The notes under the pieces are model-generated. The model saw only the letters and a program-made list of their open reading frames with translations. It ran no database searches and was not told the origin of the DNA. A DNA stretch of 64,000 nt. It comes from Bacillota bacterium. GTDB lineage: Bacteria; Bacillota; UBA4882; UBA8346. The position numbers and the translations under genes were made by a program. Below are positions 1 through 11,183 of this stretch, piece by piece (within the stretch, counting starts at the first letter, position 1; the number at the start of each line of letters is the position of its first letter). The stretch is from contig JBLNCU010000180.1 in assembly GCA_050260935.1 (NCBI GenBank), forward strand, positions 1,854 to 65,853, in the 5' to 3' direction.

Positions 1-471
1 CCGGCAAGTTAGAATCGATCCCGGTTCCATTTGCAGGGTGGGATTGATAATGGCGTATAAGCCATTGGCGGATAAATTTATGACTTGACCTTTAAATTTA
101 TCTTTTTTTAGGAAGCCATCAAAGGGCAGATTTACTTCGCAGCGAAAAAAACGGCGGCCGACGGTGAATTTAATATCGGCGGGTTTCTCAATCACTAGCA
201 ACGGTTGCCCGGGTTCGGTTTTAATGAATTGGGTGGCCAAAACATAATCGTTTTCTTCGGTATCATTCCGGCAAATAAGGGTAACCTTGGTATCCGGCGC
301 CAGGTTATTGAAAAAGGCATCATTCTTCGGCAGCAAAAGGCGGAGTTGATCCTGGTCAAAATCCCAGACTACAGTCCGGTAGATTAATTTCCGGCCGTTA
401 TCAGCGGTAAACTCAAGTTGAACATTTTTCCCCGGTTTCAGGAACTCCTTCAGCGCATTGTTTTCGTCCAT
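1..471 (-). CDS. PilZ domain protein (c-di-GMP receptor family), C-terminus cut by window edge
   Basis: Absent from the ORF track because it runs off the window. Reverse translation from ATG (471..469) gives MDENNALKEFLKPGKNVQLEF... It contains both PilZ signatures, RRFFR (RxxxR) and NLSANG (D/NxSxxG). Confidence 0.7.
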   Translation of the reverse strand, partial: MDENNALKEFLKPGKNVQLEFTADNGRKLIYRTVVWDFDQDQLRLLLPKNDAFFNNLAPDTKVTLICRNDTEENDYVLATQFIKTEPGQPLLVIEKPADIKFTVGRRFFRCEVNLPFDGFLKKDKFKGQVINLSANGLYAIINPTLQMEPGSILTCR

Positions 472-674
472 GAAAACCCCTTCCTTCCCGTTAATCCATT
501 ATTACCCCTAATTAAACAGGCTTTACTGACATTTTATCATTTTTCCCCGCGAAGGTATATGTTTTTTTGCAAGCGGCGATTTTAAGACCAGGTTGCAATC
601 CATGCCGGAGATGATAAGGAAGAATGAATTCTCTTCACCATGAAATACTATAAGCTGATAAGGAGGAATAATGG

Positions 675-1460
675 TTGGAAGATATAAAGCAACAGTATGG
701 AGAAACTCCAACCGAACCGGGCGGGGAGAATCCTGCGGAGCAACCTTTTGAGCAACCGGTAAGGCAAAATCCCAGAAAACAAAGGCTAATTTTACGTAAT
801 TTAAAAACGCTGGGGCAAACAAATACTCCGGCCTCTGCCGAAAGCAATATCCATGCCATGATCATAGTCGGGCAAATCGAAGGTCATATAGTGCTGCCTC
901 CCAAAAACAAAACCACGAAATATGAGCATATTATCCCGCAGTTGGTGGCTATTGAGCAAAATAAGAATATCCACGGATTGTTGGTGATCTTGAATACGGT
1001 TGGCGGGGATGTGGAGGCCGGCCTGGCGATAGCCGAAATGTTGGAAAGTTTATCGAAAGCCACTGTTTCCTTGGTGTTGGGCGGCGGCCATTCCATTGGT
1101 GTGCCGATTGCGGTCGCGACTGATTATAGCTTTATCGCTGAAACCGCTACCATGACCATTCATCCGCTGCGCTTAACCGGTTTAGTGGTGGGGGTTCCGC
1201 AAACCTACGAGTATCTAGATAAAATGCAAGACCGGGTTATTAAGTTTGTCACCAGTCATTCCGAAATAACTGAGGAGCGGTTCCGGGAGTTGATGTTTAG
1301 GACCGGGGATCTAGTGCGGGATATCGGGACGGTCATTGTGGGGAAAGACGCTGTAGCCTGCGGTTTAATCAATGAAGTCGGCGGAATCAGTCAGGCTTTG
1401 AAAAAACTGGACGAATTGGTGGAACTGAAAGTTAAATCCAGAGGGAAGGAGATCCAATAA
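675..1460 (+). CDS. tepA: ClpP-like serine protease, TepA (YmfB) family
   Basis: TTG start 8 nt after AGGAGG. Clp-fold core [21 protein letters not shown]. Followed by a ylzJ-like gene and ftsK, matching the Bacillus tepA-ylzJ-spoIIIE/ftsK neighbourhood. Confidence 0.7.
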   Translation: MEDIKQQYGETPTEPGGENPAEQPFEQPVRQNPRKQRLILRNLKTLGQTNTPASAESNIHAMIIVGQIEGHIVLPPKNKTTKYEHIIPQLVAIEQNKNIHGLLVILNTVGGDVEAGLAIAEMLESLSKATVSLVLGGGHSIGVPIAVATDYSFIAETATMTIHPLRLTGLVVGVPQTYEYLDKMQDRVIKFVTSHSEITEERFRELMFRTGDLVRDIGTVIVGKDAVACGLINEVGGISQALKKLDELVELKVKSRGKEIQ

Positions 1461-1684
1461 TGTTCTTATATACCATCTTTCCGCCGGAATTCATCTTTGA
1501 CGAGGATGATTGTGAACACCAATCGAAACAGGCGGAGGAAGTGGAAATTCAAAGAAACGGGATGAGTTTCCTGGTCTCGCCGGCAGATGGAGGGCAGATG
1601 AAAATTAATCGCCTTATCAGCACCAATCCCCGGGATTATCTGAATCCGGATTGGCAGCCCGGTTCAATTATGAAACCGTATTAG
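1460..1684 (+). CDS. YlzJ-like protein
   Basis: 74-aa ORF whose start overlaps the tepA stop (ATAATG). N-terminus [13 protein letters not shown] is typical of the YlzJ-like family that accompanies TepA. Confidence 0.6.
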   Translation: MFLYTIFPPEFIFDEDDCEHQSKQAEEVEIQRNGMSFLVSPADGGQMKINRLISTNPRDYLNPDWQPGSIMKPY

Positions 1685-1740
1685 AAATAAAGTTTCGCTT
1701 ACTCTAACTCTAAGCCGGATTTAATAATGTTAATATTTTG

Positions 1741-1769
1741 AACCTCCAAAATGGGGGTTTTTATTTTTA
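1741..1769 (+). terminator. Rho-independent terminator after ylzJ
   Basis: Hairpin AACCTCC-aaaat-GGGGGTT followed by a T-tract. Confidence 0.5.
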
Positions 1770-1984
1770 AGGAATTAAGCTATACTTTTTAGATGAATAA
1801 TTCGTAATAGCGAATAAGCATTCATAAGCTAGAAAAACTGTACGTTTTGAATACAACCCGGTATAAATTGCCGACTTCGAAAATAACATGCCATTTAAGC
1901 TTTACTCTCCATTTTGATTCCGGAATATGGAGGAATTCCTAAAAACTCCAAGAATTATAGATTGAGTCAGAGCAATAGGGGGAA

Positions 1985-3703
1985 ATGATTTTGCCGTTAG
2001 TTGAAGGAGTTTTAAGCCTTGTCGGGGGTCTCGGCCTCTTTTTATACGCCATTTTCCGGCTGGGCGACGGCGTGCAAAAAATGGCCGGCGAAAGAATCAG
2101 AGCTATTTTGGAGACCCGGGTCAGGGGGCCGCTCTCCAGTATTTTCACTGGATTTAGAATGGCTGCCGCGCTTCAAAGCAATATCTTGACTTTCGGGATG
2201 GTTTCCGGCCTGGTAAATGCGGGTCTACTTGGTTTATGGCCGGCTTTATGGATCATGCTCGGCGTTAATCTGGGATTGACCGTGACGGCTCAATTGATGG
2301 CGCTCAATATCGGGGTTGCTACATTTATTCTGTTATTTGCCGGCTATTTATTCTGGCTCTACGGCAAAAAACGTAATTTGCATTATTTAGGACAGGTTGT
2401 ATTTAGCTTAGCTTTGATGTATCTTGGTTTTGAGATTTTTCATCAATCGTTTCAGACCCTGGCTGCCCATACTCAGGCAGCGGAATTTATTAGGGGAATT
2501 TTTTTAAAACCCTGGTCCGGTTTTCTGCTGGGATTGACCCTGGCGGCGGTTTTACGAAGCAGTAACACCGTGGTTGTTTTGACTCAGGGAATCATCGGAG
2601 TCGACTTTGGTTTGAACCCCTCAACCTTCCTAAGCGGGGCGATTGCGATCATAATCGGCGCCAATGTAGGGGCATCGGTAATCAATATGCTGGTAGACTT
2701 GGATCGATTGTCTACCGCCCGCAAGGCGAACTGGTTTCAGTTCTCCTTCAATATGTCGCTGGCTTTGTTATGGTTGATATTAATCCCCTTTGCTTTTGGA
2801 AGCGTCAATTGGGTAAGTCAACACTTGTACACCGGGTTTCAATGGTTTAAAACATCAGTTTTCCAATGGCGCGTGACTACCGGTTTCATTGACACCCGCT
2901 GGTTTAACGTCTGGCAATTAGCAATGGCCCATTCCTTGTTTAATATGTCCGTAATCCTGCTTTGGTTTCCGGTTACAATTCCGGCGTCCAAGTGGCGCTT
3001 TTTTAATCATACCGAAAAGAATACTATCGGCTCGGACGGGACGACCTATTTAGACCGCCGGGCGTTGCAAAGTCCGGCTCTAGCCTTAATTTTGGCAACC
3101 CACGAGATCAATCAAATGGCCCTAATCGCTCTGGAAATGTTGAAATCGGCCCGGCTGGCTTTTTTGCGAGGTCAAGTGCACCTGTTGGACGGTATTTATC
3201 GTGATGAAACAACAGTTGATGATCTCCAGGAACAAATTACCTTTTATTTGTCGGCTTTATTATCGCAAAATTCCCTAACTGAAGCCCAATCCCGCCGGTT
3301 GGCCGGCCTGTTGCATGTAGTGAGTGATATTGAACGGGTTGGGGATCACGCCAACAGTATAGCCAATTTAGCCGAGAAAAAATACCAGGAACAATTGCCG
3401 TTTTCGGAGATAGCTATTAATGAACTTGAACTGTTCTTCGGGAAGTCGCTCGACCTTTATCTTAAAGCCTGTGAGGCGTTACGGGAGAACAATTTGGAGA
3501 TAGCCAAGCAGATTGAAAACCGGGAGGCCAATATCGATAAACTTGAGGAAGAGCTGCGTCAGAATCATATACACCGTCTCAACCAGGGAAAATGCTGGCC
3601 TGGTTCGGGGGTTGTCTATGTGGAGATGTTAAGCAATCTGCTACGAATAGCCGCTCATTCGGCGAATATTGCGGTGGTGGTTCTTGAAGAGGGTGAACAA
3701 TAA
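1985..3703 (+). CDS. Na+/phosphate cotransporter family protein with C-terminal PhoU-like repeats
   Basis: 572 aa. Polytopic N-terminal half, and a C-terminal helical half with the PhoU-type motif VSDIERVGDHANSIA. SD AGGGGGA lies before the ATG. Confidence 0.8.
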   Translation: MILPLVEGVLSLVGGLGLFLYAIFRLGDGVQKMAGERIRAILETRVRGPLSSIFTGFRMAAALQSNILTFGMVSGLVNAGLLGLWPALWIMLGVNLGLTVTAQLMALNIGVATFILLFAGYLFWLYGKKRNLHYLGQVVFSLALMYLGFEIFHQSFQTLAAHTQAAEFIRGIFLKPWSGFLLGLTLAAVLRSSNTVVVLTQGIIGVDFGLNPSTFLSGAIAIIIGANVGASVINMLVDLDRLSTARKANWFQFSFNMSLALLWLILIPFAFGSVNWVSQHLYTGFQWFKTSVFQWRVTTGFIDTRWFNVWQLAMAHSLFNMSVILLWFPVTIPASKWRFFNHTEKNTIGSDGTTYLDRRALQSPALALILATHEINQMALIALEMLKSARLAFLRGQVHLLDGIYRDETTVDDLQEQITFYLSALLSQNSLTEAQSRRLAGLLHVVSDIERVGDHANSIANLAEKKYQEQLPFSEIAINELELFFGKSLDLYLKACEALRENNLEIAKQIENREANIDKLEEELRQNHIHRLNQGKCWPGSGVVYVEMLSNLLRIAAHSANIAVVVLEEGEQ

Positions 3704-5916
3704 TGGTTGATGCCAAAAAAGTCCCGGGAAACCCGGATGAGGAAACGGATGATCGGCTGGCCGAGCAACGCAACGAAATTATCGGAGTCCTTTTATTGGG
3801 GATAGCCGTATTATCTGTAGCCGCCATTTACTTTAGCGGAGCCGGTTTTATCGGTGAGATTCTTAAACGGGGTTTGTTCTATACCTTCGGGCGTAACGGG
3901 GCAATCATCCCTGTCATTTTGGTGGCTTTAATCGGATGGACACTACTAGTTTGGCGCCGGGGGATCCGGCTTACCAAACAATTCCTGGCATTAACCATGC
4001 TTTTTTTATGGGCCTTGTTGATCATGCATTTTTTTAGCGGTCTTACGGTGACTCCGGACAATTGGGATTTGGCCGTCGAAGGCAGCGGGGTGGTTGGACA
4101 TTTTTTGGCTTTAAATTTGTTGCGGCTATTCGGTAAATTCGGGACCGGTGTTTTTATGTTTATTTGGCTGATGGTGGCCGCTATTTTAGCCCTCGACCGG
4201 CCTTTGATTGATTTTATTGCTAATCTGGGCCGGAAATCCAAGCGCCAAGGGGAGACAGATCTTCCGGAAAATGCGGAACAGTATTCAACGGCCGGTGCCC
4301 CCAGAGGGTATCAGCAGTATGAGGAGCGGCAGGCTCCCAAGATAATTCCTTTTCCGGCCAAGGAGAACCGTTCAAGTCCGGTTATTGCCACTTTGCAGAA
4401 TATGTTAAAAGAGAAGGATAAATCGAAAGAAATTAAGAAAGAAGTCAAAACCAAGGAGCCTTTGCCAGGGCCGGTTCAAAAACCCCTCTTAAAGGCCGGA
4501 CAATACATATTACCGGCCGCCGATCTAATTGGTCCTCCGGCTGCCGCCCGCCAGAGAAAGGGCGCCCGGATTTTGGATCAATCGAAAAAACTAGAAGAAA
4601 CACTGGCCAACTTCGGGATTAATGCTAAAGTAATCGACGTTCATTACGGTCCGGTGATCACTAGGTATGATCTCCAACCGGCGCCCGGCGTCAAGGTTAG
4701 CCGGATTGTCAATTTAACCGATGATTTGGCTTTAGCCTTGGCAGCTAAAGGTTTGCGGCTTGAAGCCCCCATCCCCGGGAAAGCCGCGATCGGCATCGAG
4801 GTCCCGAATCAGGAGCCCCAGATAGTTACCTTCCGGGATATTTTGGACTCCAAAACTTTTTGGAGTTCCGGGAAACTCAGTGTGGGGCTAGGGGTCGACA
4901 TCGCCGGGGAGATCGTAATGGCTGACCTCGGGAAAATGCCTCATTTACTAGTGGCCGGAGCTACCGGATCCGGCAAAAGCGTTTGTATCAATACTTTGAT
5001 TATGAGTATTCTCTTTAAGGCATATCCCGGCGAGGTTAAATTTTTTATGATCGATCCCAAAATGGTTGAATTATCAATGTATAATGGTATTCCTCATCTG
5101 ATGGCTCCGGTGGTTACCGAAGCTAAAAAGGCCTCCGGAGTTTTAAAGCTGGTGGTTGAGGAGATGGAGCGCCGTTATAAATTGTTCGCCGAGGCCCGGG
5201 TGAGGGATTTGGATAAATATAACGGACAGGCTAACGAGGGGGATTTTTTGCCTTACATAGTTGTAATCATCGATGAATTGGCTGATTTAATGATGTTGGC
5301 CCCAGTGGAGGTCGAGGATTGTATCTGCCGTTTGGCCCAGATGGCCAGGGCTACCGGCATTCATTTGGTAATCGCCACCCAACGCCCATCGGTGGATGTT
5401 ATTACCGGGTTGATTAAAGCCAATATCTCTTCCAGGGTTGCCTTCGCTGTATCTTCCCAGGTCGACTCCAGGACAATTTTAGACAGCGCCGGAGCTGAAC
5501 GTCTTTTAGGCCGGGGAGATATGCTATTTTCACCGGTCGGTTCGATGAAACCCCGCCGGGTCCAGGGCGCTCTAGTCACTGAGAAGGAGATCGAGGCGGT
5601 GATCCAGCATTGGAAAGCGCAGGGAGAGCCGAAGTATCAGGAGCGTTTTCTGAACATTCCGGATAAAAAAGAGCCGGCAACTCAGGAAGATGATGAGTTG
5701 CTCTGGGATGCCGTCAGAATAGTGGTCGATTATGGTCAAGCCTCGGCTTCACTGCTTCAACGGCGGTTAAAAGTGGGATATACTAGAGCGGCGCGGCTGG
5801 TTGATTTGATGGAGGCTAAAGGGATGATTGGCCCATATGAAGGGAGTAAACCCCGCGAAGTTTATATAAATGCCCGGCAGCTGGAAGAGATAAAAAAACG
5901 ACAAACCGAGCGGTAA
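3703..5916 (+). CDS. ftsK: DNA translocase FtsK/SpoIIIE
   Basis: 737 aa. N-terminal TM segments and a low-complexity linker, Walker A GATGSGKS, motor motif VIIDELADLMM, and a C-terminal gamma (winged-helix) domain ASASLLQRRLKVGYTRAARL. Confidence 0.92.
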   Translation: MVDAKKVPGNPDEETDDRLAEQRNEIIGVLLLGIAVLSVAAIYFSGAGFIGEILKRGLFYTFGRNGAIIPVILVALIGWTLLVWRRGIRLTKQFLALTMLFLWALLIMHFFSGLTVTPDNWDLAVEGSGVVGHFLALNLLRLFGKFGTGVFMFIWLMVAAILALDRPLIDFIANLGRKSKRQGETDLPENAEQYSTAGAPRGYQQYEERQAPKIIPFPAKENRSSPVIATLQNMLKEKDKSKEIKKEVKTKEPLPGPVQKPLLKAGQYILPAADLIGPPAAARQRKGARILDQSKKLEETLANFGINAKVIDVHYGPVITRYDLQPAPGVKVSRIVNLTDDLALALAAKGLRLEAPIPGKAAIGIEVPNQEPQIVTFRDILDSKTFWSSGKLSVGLGVDIAGEIVMADLGKMPHLLVAGATGSGKSVCINTLIMSILFKAYPGEVKFFMIDPKMVELSMYNGIPHLMAPVVTEAKKASGVLKLVVEEMERRYKLFAEARVRDLDKYNGQANEGDFLPYIVVIIDELADLMMLAPVEVEDCICRLAQMARATGIHLVIATQRPSVDVITGLIKANISSRVAFAVSSQVDSRTILDSAGAERLLGRGDMLFSPVGSMKPRRVQGALVTEKEIEAVIQHWKAQGEPKYQERFLNIPDKKEPATQEDDELLWDAVRIVVDYGQASASLLQRRLKVGYTRAARLVDLMEAKGMIGPYEGSKPREVYINARQLEEIKKRQTER

Positions 5917-6060
5917 TTTTGTTTTTCCGGAAGGAACTGAATCGCTTAACTAGAATATATAGTAAGATTTTAAAGGCCTTTAGCGGTTGACAATTTGTAA
6001 ATTAAACAATTGTTTATTTTTATTATAAATTACTAAAACTGCCTATAACAAAAACGGGGG

Positions 6061-6831
6061 GTGGCCCGCTTGAGGGAGATCGGTGAATACCTCCACCGGG
6101 TGCGGGAAGCGAAGAACATCTCTTTAAGAGAGATTCAGGAAGCTACGAAAATCAGCTTACGCTATTTGGAAGCTATTGATCGCGGCGACTTTGAAGGGAT
6201 TCCCGGGGAGGTATACCGGAAAGGCTTCCTGGTTAATTTCGCTAATGCCATTGGTCTGGACGGGCAGGAGGTTTTACAGCGCTATAACCAGCTAAAGAAT
6301 GCCCGGGAAGAGGAGATCCGTCAAGTTCAGAAACAAGCCACTTTACAGGAGGATAATAAAACAAGCGCCGACAGTGAACAGCTAAAAGGGCTTTATCTGG
6401 GTATTGTAGTGGCGCTAATCGGGATACTTCTTGTTTTAAGCTTCTTCTTATTTCCCAGATTCCAGAAGGTTGGGCTGAAAGAGGAGACCCTTCCTTCTGT
6501 TCCGGCAGATCTTTCCACCAATGCTGATTCAAATGCCGGAAAAACGGACAAACAGGTTTTACCGGCTCCAATTACCGTAAATGCTTTGTTTAAGGAACGA
6601 GTATGGATGCAAATCAAGATTGATGGCGATTATCTATACGGGGCGGACGGCTTGACCTTCGATCCCTCCTATACCCAGCAGGTTTGGATGGCGCAAAAGG
6701 AGATGATTCTAAAGATCGGCAATCCGGCTGGCGTTAGTTTGACCTTTAACGGTAAAGAGCTGGGTCAGTTAGGAGAGGAGGGCACCGTAAAAACGATAAA
6801 ATTGACTCCCAAAGGTTTTGAAGCGCTCTAG
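6061..6831 (+). CDS. RodZ-like helix-turn-helix (XRE-type) membrane protein with DUF4115-like C-terminus
   Basis: GTG start after ACGGGGGG. N-terminal HTH ISLREIQEATKISLRYLEAIDRGDF, one TM segment, and a C-terminal beta-rich domain. Confidence 0.65.
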   Translation: MARLREIGEYLHRVREAKNISLREIQEATKISLRYLEAIDRGDFEGIPGEVYRKGFLVNFANAIGLDGQEVLQRYNQLKNAREEEIRQVQKQATLQEDNKTSADSEQLKGLYLGIVVALIGILLVLSFFLFPRFQKVGLKEETLPSVPADLSTNADSNAGKTDKQVLPAPITVNALFKERVWMQIKIDGDYLYGADGLTFDPSYTQQVWMAQKEMILKIGNPAGVSLTFNGKELGQLGEEGTVKTIKLTPKGFEAL

Positions 6832-6878
6832 GCGCTTTTTTTTCCGTAATGAATTCTAACCAACACCCGGGGGAAGGC

Positions 6879-7889
6879 ATGGATTTTAAATCTACCCTAA
6901 TGGAACGGGAAAATTCGACTTTAGCCGGATGGGCGGTTCGCTCTTCGGCTTCAAAAGGGCGGCAATATCCGGAGCCGCCTTGTCCTTTGCGTTTGGATTT
7001 TCAAAGAGACCGGGATCGGATTATTCATTCCAAGGCTTTTCGCCGTTTGAAACATAAAACTCAGGTTTTCATCGCCCCGGAAGGAGACCATTACCGGACC
7101 CGCCTTACCCATACTTTGGAAGTGGCGCAAATCGCCCGGACAATTGCCAGATTGCTTAAGTTAAATGAGGACCTTACCGAGGCGATTGCCTTGGGACACG
7201 ATCTAGGGCATACACCATTTGGTCATGCCGGCGAGGCGGCTTTAAACCAGTTGGTCAAAGGCGGGTTTCGCCATAACGAACAAAGTTTACGGGTAGTGGA
7301 CTGGCTGGAGTCGGCCGGAAAAAGCTACCCCGGTTTAAATCTAACCTTTGAAGTCCGAGATGGGATTTTGCGGCATACCGGTCCCGAACTTCCGGTTACT
7401 TTGGAAGGGCGGGTCGTCCGGTGGGCCGATCGGATCGCCTATGTCAATCATGATCTTGATGACGCGGTTCGGGGCGGAATCATCCAAGCTAACGAGATCC
7501 CCGATTTTATTACCGAAAAACTGGGGACCAACTCTTCGGAAAGGTTGACCGTTTTTATCCGGGACATGGTGGAAACCAGTTCCGGAAAGGCCGAAGTTTC
7601 TTTTTCCGCCGCAACTGAAGAACTGCTAAATCAGTTTCGCTCTTTCCTGTTTGAAAAGGTGTACATCGGTTCATTAGCCAAAGCTGAAGAGTATAAAGTC
7701 GCTAAACTACTGCGGAGTCTATATGAATATTTTCTTGAAAACCACCGGGAGGTTCCGGAACATATAAGCCGGTTTTCAGGCGGTGATCCCGGACTGGCTG
7801 CGGTAGACTATATCGCGGGAATGACCGACCGTTTTGCCAATGAGATTTTTGTCGCTCAGTTTGTTCCCCGCAGTTGGGGAGCGCGTTAA
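6879..7889 (+). CDS. dgt: dGTP triphosphohydrolase-like HD-domain protein
   Basis: HD motifs THTLEVAQIAR and HDLGHTPFGH. Sits upstream of dnaG-rpoD. The ORF track starts at 6849, but the ATG at 6879 has a G-rich SD, so the start is uncertain. Confidence 0.8.
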   Translation: MDFKSTLMERENSTLAGWAVRSSASKGRQYPEPPCPLRLDFQRDRDRIIHSKAFRRLKHKTQVFIAPEGDHYRTRLTHTLEVAQIARTIARLLKLNEDLTEAIALGHDLGHTPFGHAGEAALNQLVKGGFRHNEQSLRVVDWLESAGKSYPGLNLTFEVRDGILRHTGPELPVTLEGRVVRWADRIAYVNHDLDDAVRGGIIQANEIPDFITEKLGTNSSERLTVFIRDMVETSSGKAEVSFSAATEELLNQFRSFLFEKVYIGSLAKAEEYKVAKLLRSLYEYFLENHREVPEHISRFSGGDPGLAAVDYIAGMTDRFANEIFVAQFVPRSWGAR

Positions 7890-7970
7890 TCTTTGAACGA
7901 TTAATAATCTTCAGTAGCGAAGAATAGTTATAAATCAGCAAATCTGGAAGAGATAAGAGCCGGTGGCGAG

Positions 7971-9830
7971 TTGGATAAAGGGTTAAAACAGGAGTTATTT
8001 GAACAAATTAAAGAAAAAAACGACATTGTCTCCGTAATTTCCGAATACGTCAGTTTAAGGCGGGCCGGAAGATCCATGGTGGGACTCTGCCCTTTTCATT
8101 CCGAAAAAACGCCTTCTTTTAACGTGAATCCGGAGAAACAGTTTTTCTATTGTTTCGGCTGCGGCACCGGCGGGGATGTTTTCAGCTTTATTATGAAGTT
8201 GGAAAATTTGGATTTTATTGGAGCAGCCAAAATATTGGCCGACCGCTCCGGGATCGTTTGGCCGGAATTACCGAAAAGCGGCCCGGCCGATCATTACCGG
8301 GAACAGTTGTGGAAAATAAATTCCCTGACAGCGGCTTTATATAATCAGTATTTGTTAAAGGCGGAAGCCGGGAAGCAGGCCCGCCAATATCTGACGGAAC
8401 GGGGAATTAATGCTGATTCTTGGAAGCGTTTTAATCTGGGTTATGCTCCGGCAACGTGGCACAGTTTAACCGGGGTCTTGCGGAAAAAAGGTTTTGCGCT
8501 TGAACAAGCCGAAAAGTTAGGCTTAGTGAGCTTGGGGGAGAATGGTTTTTATGACCGTTTCCGGGAGCGGATTATCTTTCCCATTACCGATATCAAGGGA
8601 AATGTGGTCGGTTTCGGGGGCCGGGTTATAGATAACAGCCAGCCGAAATATCTTAACTCGCCGGAGACGGAGCTGTTTCACAAAGGCCGCTTCCTATTCG
8701 GATTATCTATCGCCAAAGAGGCCATCCGCCGATTGAATCAGGCGATAATTGTCGAAGGTTACTTCGATGTTATTCAGGCGCATCAAGCGGGGTTTACGCA
8801 GACCGTGGCTTCTTTGGGTACGGCCTTAACCAAGGAGCAAGCCCGGCTTATTAAGAAATATACTTCGGAAGTTGTCCTGGCTTACGACGCCGATACCGCC
8901 GGCCAAAAAGCGACCCTCCGGGGAATGGAGCTTCTGCAAGAAGCCGGTTTGAAGGTGAAAATTCTTAATTTACCGGTGAATGAAGATCCGGACTCTTTTA
9001 TCAAAGGAAAAGGCGGCGCTGAATTTGCTTCATTACTTGCCAAGGCTGCCGATTTAATCGATTTTAAAATCGGCCTGGCCATTAAAGAATTTAATCTGGA
9101 CTCCCCCGACGGGAAGAGCCGGGCGGTGCAAGCAGTGCTTCCCGAATTGGCGGCAATCAACAACCGTATTACCAGGGAGTTTTATCTGCGCCAACTTTCC
9201 CGGATGATCGGAATTTCCGAAGTGTCGATTTTTGCCGAATTTGAAGAATGGCTGAAACGGAACAGGAAAAAATCTCCGGTTCTGGATAGGAATCGGTATA
9301 ATAGTTATACTAATGGGACAAATGAAAAAATCGGGCCATTTATCGGCGGAATAAACCCGGAGACCCTTTCCCCTTTAAAAAAGGGAATTTTTGAGACTGA
9401 AAAGGAACTTTTGCAAATGGCTTTGCAGGAATATGATAAATTTAAGCGAATAAAAGAAGAATTAAATATGGAAGAGTTCAGTTTTGAGATTTGGCGGGAT
9501 TTATGGGCGGAGATTCAACGGGCCGGAGGCATTGTCGAAAATTCCCGATTTTTAATGGAAATTAGCGATTCCCTGCGGGAAGTGGCCGTTTCCTTAGTAG
9601 CCGAGCATGAGATGAAGCAATCCCAGTCCGACATCGAAGGAAGTATTCAACGCCTTAAAATGCTCCATCTTCAGGAACGGATTCAAAACCTAACCGACCA
9701 ACTGACAACAGGCCGGGATGAGCTGGGCCAGCCCATCTCTGAAGCCGGCCTTAAGTTGAAAATTCAGGAATTTACAGAGTTAAAACGGAAATTACAAAAG
9801 GAGTACCCGCGGTTCTCGGCAGGTATTTAA
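7971..9830 (+). CDS. dnaG: DNA primase
   Basis: Zinc finger CPFHSEKTPSFNV...CFGCG, TOPRIM region IIVEGYFDVI...AYDADTAG. Followed by rpoD. Confidence 0.95.
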   Translation: MDKGLKQELFEQIKEKNDIVSVISEYVSLRRAGRSMVGLCPFHSEKTPSFNVNPEKQFFYCFGCGTGGDVFSFIMKLENLDFIGAAKILADRSGIVWPELPKSGPADHYREQLWKINSLTAALYNQYLLKAEAGKQARQYLTERGINADSWKRFNLGYAPATWHSLTGVLRKKGFALEQAEKLGLVSLGENGFYDRFRERIIFPITDIKGNVVGFGGRVIDNSQPKYLNSPETELFHKGRFLFGLSIAKEAIRRLNQAIIVEGYFDVIQAHQAGFTQTVASLGTALTKEQARLIKKYTSEVVLAYDADTAGQKATLRGMELLQEAGLKVKILNLPVNEDPDSFIKGKGGAEFASLLAKAADLIDFKIGLAIKEFNLDSPDGKSRAVQAVLPELAAINNRITREFYLRQLSRMIGISEVSIFAEFEEWLKRNRKKSPVLDRNRYNSYTNGTNEKIGPFIGGINPETLSPLKKGIFETEKELLQMALQEYDKFKRIKEELNMEEFSFEIWRDLWAEIQRAGGIVENSRFLMEISDSLREVAVSLVAEHEMKQSQSDIEGSIQRLKMLHLQERIQNLTDQLTTGRDELGQPISEAGLKLKIQEFTELKRKLQKEYPRFSAGI

Positions 9831-9941
9831 AGAGCGGGCGGGAGTACCGGAAAAAAAGAATGCAGCAGCTTTATAAACAGCGTTTTAAATACAATTTTAC
9901 TTTTATTGAATCTCCTACCCCTGGAAGGATGGTAAATAAGC

Positions 9942-11042
9942 TTGAGTAAAGAAAAGGCCTTGCCAAACATTGAAGGAATCAAGGAACTCATTGCAAAAGG
10001 CAAGAGGAAAGGGATTATTTCATACCGCGAAATCATGGATACTCTGGAACAGGTCGATCTGTCTACCGATCAAATAGATGAGATCTACGAGACCTTGGCC
10101 AGCAACGGCGTAGAAATTATGCCTGACACCAGCGAGGAAGCAACAGAGGAACGCGAGGTTTTCCAAGCGGAAAACGAGGAAGTTGAACTCGATCTGACCA
10201 TTCCCGAGGGAATAGCCCTTGATGATCCGGTAAGAATGTATTTGAAAGAAATTGGCCGGGTTCCTTTGCTCTCAGCTACTGAAGAAATTGAGCTGGCCCG
10301 CCGGGTGGAAGAGGGAGACGAGACCGCTAAACGCCGTTTGGCCGAAGCCAACTTGCGCTTGGTGGTAAGTATTGCCAAACGTTATGTTGGCCGCGGGATG
10401 CTCTTTTTAGACCTGATCCAGGAAGGTAACCTCGGTTTGATCAAAGCGGTTGAAAAATTCGATTATCGTAAAGGCTATAAATTTAGTACTTACGCTACCT
10501 GGTGGATAAGGCAGGCTATTACCCGCGCTATTGCCGATCAAGCCCGGACCATCCGGATCCCCGTGCACATGGTGGAGACCATCAATAAATTAATCCGGGT
10601 TTCCCGCCAATTATTGCAAAGTTTGGGCCGCGAACCGACCGCCGAAGAGATCGCCGAAGAGATGGAGATGAGCCCCGACCGGGTCCGGGAAATTATGAAA
10701 ATCGCCCAGGAGCCTGTCTCGCTGGAAACCCCCATTGGGGAAGAAGAAGATAGTCATTTAGGAGATTTTATTGAAGATCAGGATGCTCCGGCGCCTGCTG
10801 AGGCGGCTTCCTTTCGTTTATTAAAGGAACAGCTGGAAGAAGTCCTGAATACGCTTACTCCGCGTGAGGAGAAAGTTTTACGCTTGCGGTTCGGCCTTGA
10901 TGACGGACGGGCGCGAACTTTGGAAGAAGTTGGGCAAATCTTCAATGTAACCAGGGAGAGAATCAGGCAAATTGAAGCCAAAGCCTTGCGGAAACTTCGG
11001 CATCCCAGCCGCAGTAAGAAATTAAAGGATTTTTTGGATTAG
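9942..11042 (+). CDS. rpoD: RNA polymerase primary sigma factor (SigA/RpoD)
   Basis: Region 2 [35 protein letters not shown], region 4.2 [20 protein letters not shown], and an acidic region 1. Confidence 0.95.
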   Translation: MSKEKALPNIEGIKELIAKGKRKGIISYREIMDTLEQVDLSTDQIDEIYETLASNGVEIMPDTSEEATEEREVFQAENEEVELDLTIPEGIALDDPVRMYLKEIGRVPLLSATEEIELARRVEEGDETAKRRLAEANLRLVVSIAKRYVGRGMLFLDLIQEGNLGLIKAVEKFDYRKGYKFSTYATWWIRQAITRAIADQARTIRIPVHMVETINKLIRVSRQLLQSLGREPTAEEIAEEMEMSPDRVREIMKIAQEPVSLETPIGEEEDSHLGDFIEDQDAPAPAEAASFRLLKEQLEEVLNTLTPREEKVLRLRFGLDDGRARTLEEVGQIFNVTRERIRQIEAKALRKLRHPSRSKKLKDFLD

Positions 11043-11108
11043 CAAAATCGAGTTAATACACTTGATGTTTTGATGAATTCGTTGTATAATACTAAATGTC
11101 ACTTTTTT

Positions 11109-11183
11109 GGGCCCATAGCTCAGCGGTAGAGCAGTCGGCTCATAACCGATCGGTCCATGGTTCGATCCCATGTGGGCCCACCA
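11109..11183 (+). tRNA. tRNA with CAU anticodon (elongator Met, or Ile2 if lysidine-modified), CCA encoded
   Basis: Manual cloverleaf: acceptor GGGCCCA/TGGGCCC, D arm GCTC..GAGC, anticodon arm GTCGG-CTCATAA-CCGAT, T arm CATGG-TTCGATC-CCATG, then ACCA. Pair 1-72 is G-C, so it is not an initiator. Confidence 0.85.

Noticed and set aside
5980-6040. Imperfect inverted repeat ACAATTTGT..ACAATTGT next to a TTGACA box upstream of the RodZ-like HTH gene.
   Set aside because: I could not pair the -35 with a credible -10 at proper spacing. The repeat is short and lies in very AT-rich DNA, so the evidence is insufficient.
6879-7889. Considered the dGTPase-like HD protein as a possible anti-phage dNTP-depletion gene.
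   Set aside because: It sits in the conserved dgt-dnaG-rpoD housekeeping arrangement with no accessory or mobile context. Nothing in the sequence suggests a defence role.
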